From Proteromonas lacertae (lineage: Eukaryota), in assembly GCA_002245135.1 (NCBI GenBank), contig NGBS01000643.1, forward strand, positions 1-36,354: DNA of 36,354 nucleotides, read 5' to 3'. The position numbers and the translations under genes were made by a program. Below, in pieces: positions 31,112 through 36,354 of the stretch (position 1 is its first letter; each line of letters starts with the position of its first letter). The notes under the pieces were generated by a model. The model made no database searches. It worked only from the letters and a program-made list of their open reading frames with translations, and was not told the DNA's origin.

Positions 31112-34075
31112 TTATATTTCAATTTCTGTTGCTTTGGGTTTTCTAATATGACGCATTGTACTTCCAGGAATCGTTGGTTTAAATGGAGCATGTGATCCAT
31201 AAGGTTTAGGTAATGGAACATCAGTTGGTAAATAAGCATTAGGTCTAGGTTCTGCTGTTGTTTTAACAGTTGGACTACCAAATTGATTAGCCAATGTACT
31301 AGCTATTTGATTACGTTGTTTCTCTTGTTTTCTTTCTATTGCTAATAAACGATCTCTTTCTAATCTGTACCAATCATGAACTGCTTCTTCAGTTGGAGCT
31401 TCTCCATGTTCTAATTTATAAGTTGCATCTTCTAACAATTTCTCTCTTTCAGCTTTCTCTTGTTCTAACTTCAAGGCTGTTGCTTGATACATTGATAATT
31501 CAGAGACTGTAGCCATCATGGATCTTGTTAAATCCTTTAATTTTGATTGTAATTCATTCACTTGTTTTGCTATTGATAAAGTTCCATCTCTACCTTCTTT
31601 AGCTTGTTGTCTTAATTTCTCACTTAATACAGTCACTTCTTCTAACACTAATTCTTTCTCCAATAATTGTTCTTTCTTCTTCTCAAATCGATCTTGAATT
31701 ACTTCTAATTTGGCAGTCATTTGTTCCATATCTAAATCATCACCTGGTAATGGATTCCATCTTTGTAAATTCTCAGGAGTTTCTAAATCTTTACACAATT
31801 TCTCAGTCATTTCTCTTTCCTGTTGTAATTCTAATCTTAATTGATTTACTTCTTCTAATAACACAGGTACTTTTGGTATTTGTTTTCTTACTACATCAAT
31901 TTGTCTATCAACTTCATTTATTGTTACTTCCAACATTCTTACTTCTTCTTCTCTTTCTTTTAAACTAATTTCACCCTTTTTCAGAGTTTCTTCTTGTATA
32001 TTACTCTTTTCATATAAAATACATAATTCATCATTTCTATCGATTAATTGAACACCCATGAAATTTCTAGCCTCAACTGCTCTTTCATATTCTCTCTTTA
32101 ATTTCAACATTTCTCTTTCTATTGTATTGATTACAGAATTTAATTTATCTATTCTCATAATCTGTTGTTCTATTTCTTCTTGTTTTTCACGATATAAAGC
32201 TTGATTCTTGTTTGATTCAGATCTTAAAGCATCTCTTTCATATTTTGCTTTCTCATGATCTAATCTTTCATTTGTAAGTGCTCTATCTTTAGCCAAACTC
32301 TCTCCTTTCAATATTTCCACCTCATTTGTCAATATTCTTATCTTTTCATTCATTTCAGCTAATTGTTGATTACTACCTTGAATTAAGTTAACATATTTAT
32401 TTCTTTCATTTTTAACAACATCATATAATGCAGAAAATTCTTTTAATTTTACATTCATATCATTTGCTCTTTTAGTTAAATCCATTATAGTCAATTGCTT
32501 CATTTGTAAATCATTCTGAGCATTCTTTTCATTCTGTAAAGCTTGAGAAGAAGCTCGAGCTTGTAATTCTCTTTGTGTATTTAAAATAGCAATCATTTTA
32601 TTCATTTTCCTAACTTCTTCACTCCATTGATCTAACTGTAATTCCTGTTCATCCTTTTGCTTTCTCAATATATTCAAAGCAACTTTCTGCTTCTCTTCTA
32701 ATTTCTCTTGACCTAAGAATTGTGCTATTAATATTTCAGTTTCAACTTCAACATTTTCTAATGAATGTTTGGCTCTTTCAACTTCACTTTGATTGTATGA
32801 TAATTGGTGTTTAGCATCAATTACTTGTCCATCCATTATTGGATATTGTGCTTTAATTCCATCGCCTATTTCTATTTCTCTTTTTAAATCTCTTTTTAAT
32901 TGCTTATATTGTTTATTTTCATAATTTATTGCTTCTGTTAATTGTCTACCTTCACTCTTTAAGTTTTGCGCTGTCATATCTAATTCTACTCTCTTTTCTC
33001 GATGATTTTGATCTTGTATCTCCTGCTCTTGTATACTTTTCTGTAATAAATTAATTTCTGCATCTTTTCTAGCGATTTCTGCTCTAATTGCATCATTCTT
33101 TTTACATGCTTCTTCATATTGAGATTTTAATAATGTTTTCACTTTATCTTGTTTCTTTAATTGTGTATTTACTTCACTTACTTGTGTATTAAAGGCTTGT
33201 AAATCTTTAGACATTGAATTTACTGCATTTTTAACTATATCTCCTTGTTTTCTTAATCGAGATGGCTCGCCTTTCAATTTTTCTAAATTTTGCCTTTCTT
33301 CATCTAATGTTTTGGTTAAATTTTGTTTATCTTTTGTTAATTGTTCTACTTTTTTAATATAATCATCTCTCTTTTTATTCTCTCCTTCTATTAATGCATT
33401 TAACTTCTTTTCTTCGTCAATTAAAGAATGAATTTCATCTCTAGTTCGTTGAAGTGCTGGTAATACAATTGCTTCATTTTCCTTTTGTACTTGTTCTAAT
33501 TTTGATTTTTCTTCATTTTCTGTTTCTCTATAGATATAATAATAATTGAAAATGTATATATTTATCTATACTCTCATTTCTGCCAGTTTATATTGCAATA
33601 TATCATTAGCTTCTTCACATTCATTTAATTCTTTTTGAGCTTTTTCTTTCTCTTTATCCATATTTTGACACATTTGACTATTTTCTACATTTCTTATTGA
33701 CATTTTTTCTAATTTTATTTTTTCTGATAGAAAATCTTGATTTAACTCTTTGGCTTTCTTTAGTAGCAATTTTTCTCTTTCGTATGTTTCTAATACATAA
33801 CTATGTAGTGTAGCATATTCTTTTTTATATAAATCAGCACTAGTAATATTAAAATACAACCATATACGTTGAATCACTAATAATGCCATCTTCTGCTAGT
33901 TTAGTTAAAAATGTATATGCTGGACTATTTGATATATCTTTAACATCTCCAATTATTCCTGCTGCAGTTTCCATTTCTTCTATATAAAAGATTAACACAT
34001 TAATTCAAAATAAAAAGTTAAAACAAGTTATATGTATATACCTGCATCTTTCTCATCTTCATTTTGATCAGACAT
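31112..34075 (-). CDS. CCDC146: Coiled-coil axonemal protein CCDC146/MBO2 homologue (three short 5' introns)
   Basis: LYDVVKNERNKYV, GVQLIDRNDELCILYEK, MMATVSELSMYQ, TTAEPRPNAYLP..LPKPYG..APFKP..PGSTMRHIRKP. Probable start is MSDQNEDEKD at 34075. Confidence 0.88.
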
Positions 34076-34279
34076 TTTATATGATATTTAAATAACTCTA
34101 TAAAAACAAAAAACGGTAGAAAACAAGCTTCATTCAAACTTTTTGAATGAACAAACATGTTTGAATTAAATAAAGCTAAGAACGAAAAGAAATATAATCT
34201 AAATAATAATATTTTATATAATGATGAATGAATATAAATGGCACTGATCAATCTAAATAAAAAATAAGAAAAATTTCTT

Positions 34280-36140
34280 AATTATTATGTTTCTTCAGGA
34301 TGTTGTTGTTGCTTTTTGTTAGTAATCCACACATCTTCATCACTGATATATTTCATTTCCTTTTCCAACAACCATCTTTTCAAACCATTCTTATCAGTCT
34401 GCATTATGTTATACAGTAAAGTATATTCCTTATTCACACCTTTCCAATTATTATTATATTTCTTCCATATCTTTCAACATAATCATTTCTATTAGCTTTG
34501 CTTAATAATCTCATAGATAATACAACCAGACTAACATCTCTGTATTTTTCTATTTCACAATATCGAGATGCTAAATTCATCAGACTAGTAATATCATCTA
34601 TTTTATATAAAAATTCTAATCCTTCTTTACATATTCATTTGATATTGGATATAATTCACTGTATTTAGCAATTGCTCTTTTCCATTCTAAATGACTTCTT
34701 TCTTTGTTTATATCACTATAAACATAACCAAATGCAGCTGATATATTTGGAATATAATACTTATATTTATCATATATCTCATCTATTTCTTTTATTCTGT
34801 TAAGTTGCTTATAAATTGGTAATATTTTACTTAACAATTGAAAATACAAATACTTCCATTTCTCTTTATTTTTTTCACTTAATAATATTTGATGTAATTG
34901 AATAGCTAAACTATATCTTTTAGATTTGATTAATTCATCTATTCCATTATGAAATGTAGATCCATGATATTTTATATCACTTTCTAATAACTTATTATAC
35001 ACTTTAATTAATTCTTCATCTGTTTTATTATTATTACAAAAATAACAAAAAATAACTTCCACTCCAATATCTCCGATTTCATTTAAATATTTATTCAAAC
35101 CATTTTCTATTAATTCATTTATTTCTTTTATTTTGTTTAATTTTATACATAACTTTAATGATGTTGAAAAAGGACGAGGAAAATATAATTCTTTATTATT
35201 ACTGTTGTTGCTAATTTGATAATTTTTCAAATATTTCATTTACATATTCAAAATCATTTATCTTTTCACATGCGATATATAATGGATGTAATAACACCGG
35301 TTGTATTATTTGAGGTTGATATTTATTTAATGATTTCACAGTCTCTATTATTTATCATATTCTCCAATTTGATATAAACATAATAATGTAATTGATATAT
35401 TTCACTTGATAATAGTATTCCATGCTGTAAATGATATTTTATCACTTCTTCAGAGAGATTTCCTTTATAAAAGTATAGTAAAGTTCTTAAATAACGATTA
35501 AGGGTAATATTATCCAAAGTTAAATTTTGTTTTACTATTAAATTATAGTATTTTTGAATTTCTGAAAAATTGTTTTGTTTTTCATATAAATTTGTTATTT
35601 CTTTGAAGTAAGGAGTCCAATTGGTTGTTACATCTTTCAAAGAGTTAATTATAGTTTCACAATTCACTATATTTTTCACATCTTGACAGTGTAGACAACA
35701 ATAAATTGATAATTTGAGTTTTGTTAAGTTGCGGATATAAATTCATTAAAATATTAAATGTGGAAATAAGTGATTGCGATTGTTTGTGATTGATAATATT
35801 ATAAAACATAGCATTAAGTATTTTTACTTCAGAATCATCATACGATGAATGTGTACTTATATATTGGACTAAACAGTTTTCAATATCCAGATCACTATTA
35901 TTCTCAAGAAGAGTATTAACTGTGGAGCATAAATTCTTTAAAGTATTAATTTTGACATTATTTGATGATGTGAGTATTTTCTTGATGTAATAACAATCTT
36001 TCGTAAATTACTGATGTTTCTAATTGGTATTAATCGAGAAAAAAAGAAATTCATTAATCTCAAAATAATATTCGTTTCATTAATTCTATTTTGAAAAAAC
36101 AATAAATCACATGATAAAATTCAAATATTCAGTATATAAT
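34280..36140 (-). CDS. Alpha-helical repeat (possibly PPR-like) protein, fragmented; limits uncertain
   Basis: ORFs 34616..35239 and 35323..35679 show helical-repeat-like patterns (LDNITLNRYLRTL, STFHNGIDELIKSKRYSLAIQL). Confidence 0.4.
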
Positions 36141-36354
36141 GTTAATTTAATTAGTATAATCTATTTTTACTTTACTTCCAGAATTTTCAACAGATGAAGA
36201 TGGTAATTGAGGTATATTTTTCATCTACGTTTGAATTATTAGCTGATGAGTATATAACAGGAGGACTTAATGGAATATGTGATATATTACTACTTTCATG
36301 AACTACATGTTCTTCATTATTCTCATTCTGCTGAACAGGCGAATTAACAGGAGG

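Noticed and set aside
12923..31968. Short antisense or overlapping ORFs (12923..13114, 12957..13148, 15199..15408, 18160..18372, 19832..20059, 20743..21036, 22420..22608, 22764..22967, 27952..28182, 30112..30315, 31750..31968)
   Set aside because: They are shadows of better-supported genes on the opposite strand.

Overview
Very AT-rich eukaryotic DNA with short GT-AG introns (about 25-35 nt), consistent with a Blastocystis/Proteromonas-like gut stramenopile, although the organism is an inference. Host genes lie at both ends. On the left are four intronless glycosylation-type genes (DUF1647-like, GT10, GT31, DUF3431-like). On the right are tRNA-Gln(UUG), a BTB/SPRY-like gene, a CCDC146/MBO2 homologue and a helical-repeat protein. 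Almost all of 8.1-28.7 kb is nested mobile DNA around the one tRNA-Gln gene: (1) a Ginger-like TGT...ACA element (8109-11281, 111-bp TIRs, 5-bp TSD, decayed Ulp1-like protease); (2) an RLE-type non-LTR retrotransposon (11365-28719, minus strand) inserted right after the tRNA-Gln anticodon, with the 3' half of the tRNA duplicated so the gene stays intact; its reconstructed single ORF reads USP(C19) protease - C2H2 - RNase H - C2H2 - RT - CCHC - RLE; (3) inside it, an 8.24-kb GC-richer element (15400-23639) with AG...CT ends, about 200-bp palindromic hairpin termini, about seven orphan genes, a shared upstream motif and no visible transposase, plus a 1.9-kb relative with different cargo at 3571-5505; (4) also inside it, a 3.26-kb element (23893-27155) with perfect 113-bp TIRs starting ATAATAAT and a 6-bp TSD, resembling Polinton-type ends. 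The hairpin-ended cargo family and the tRNA-restoring USP-RNase H retrotransposon are the best candidates for undescribed systems. Many ORFs, including host ones, have frameshifts that may be consensus errors. Family assignments come from recognising motifs by eye; no searches were run.
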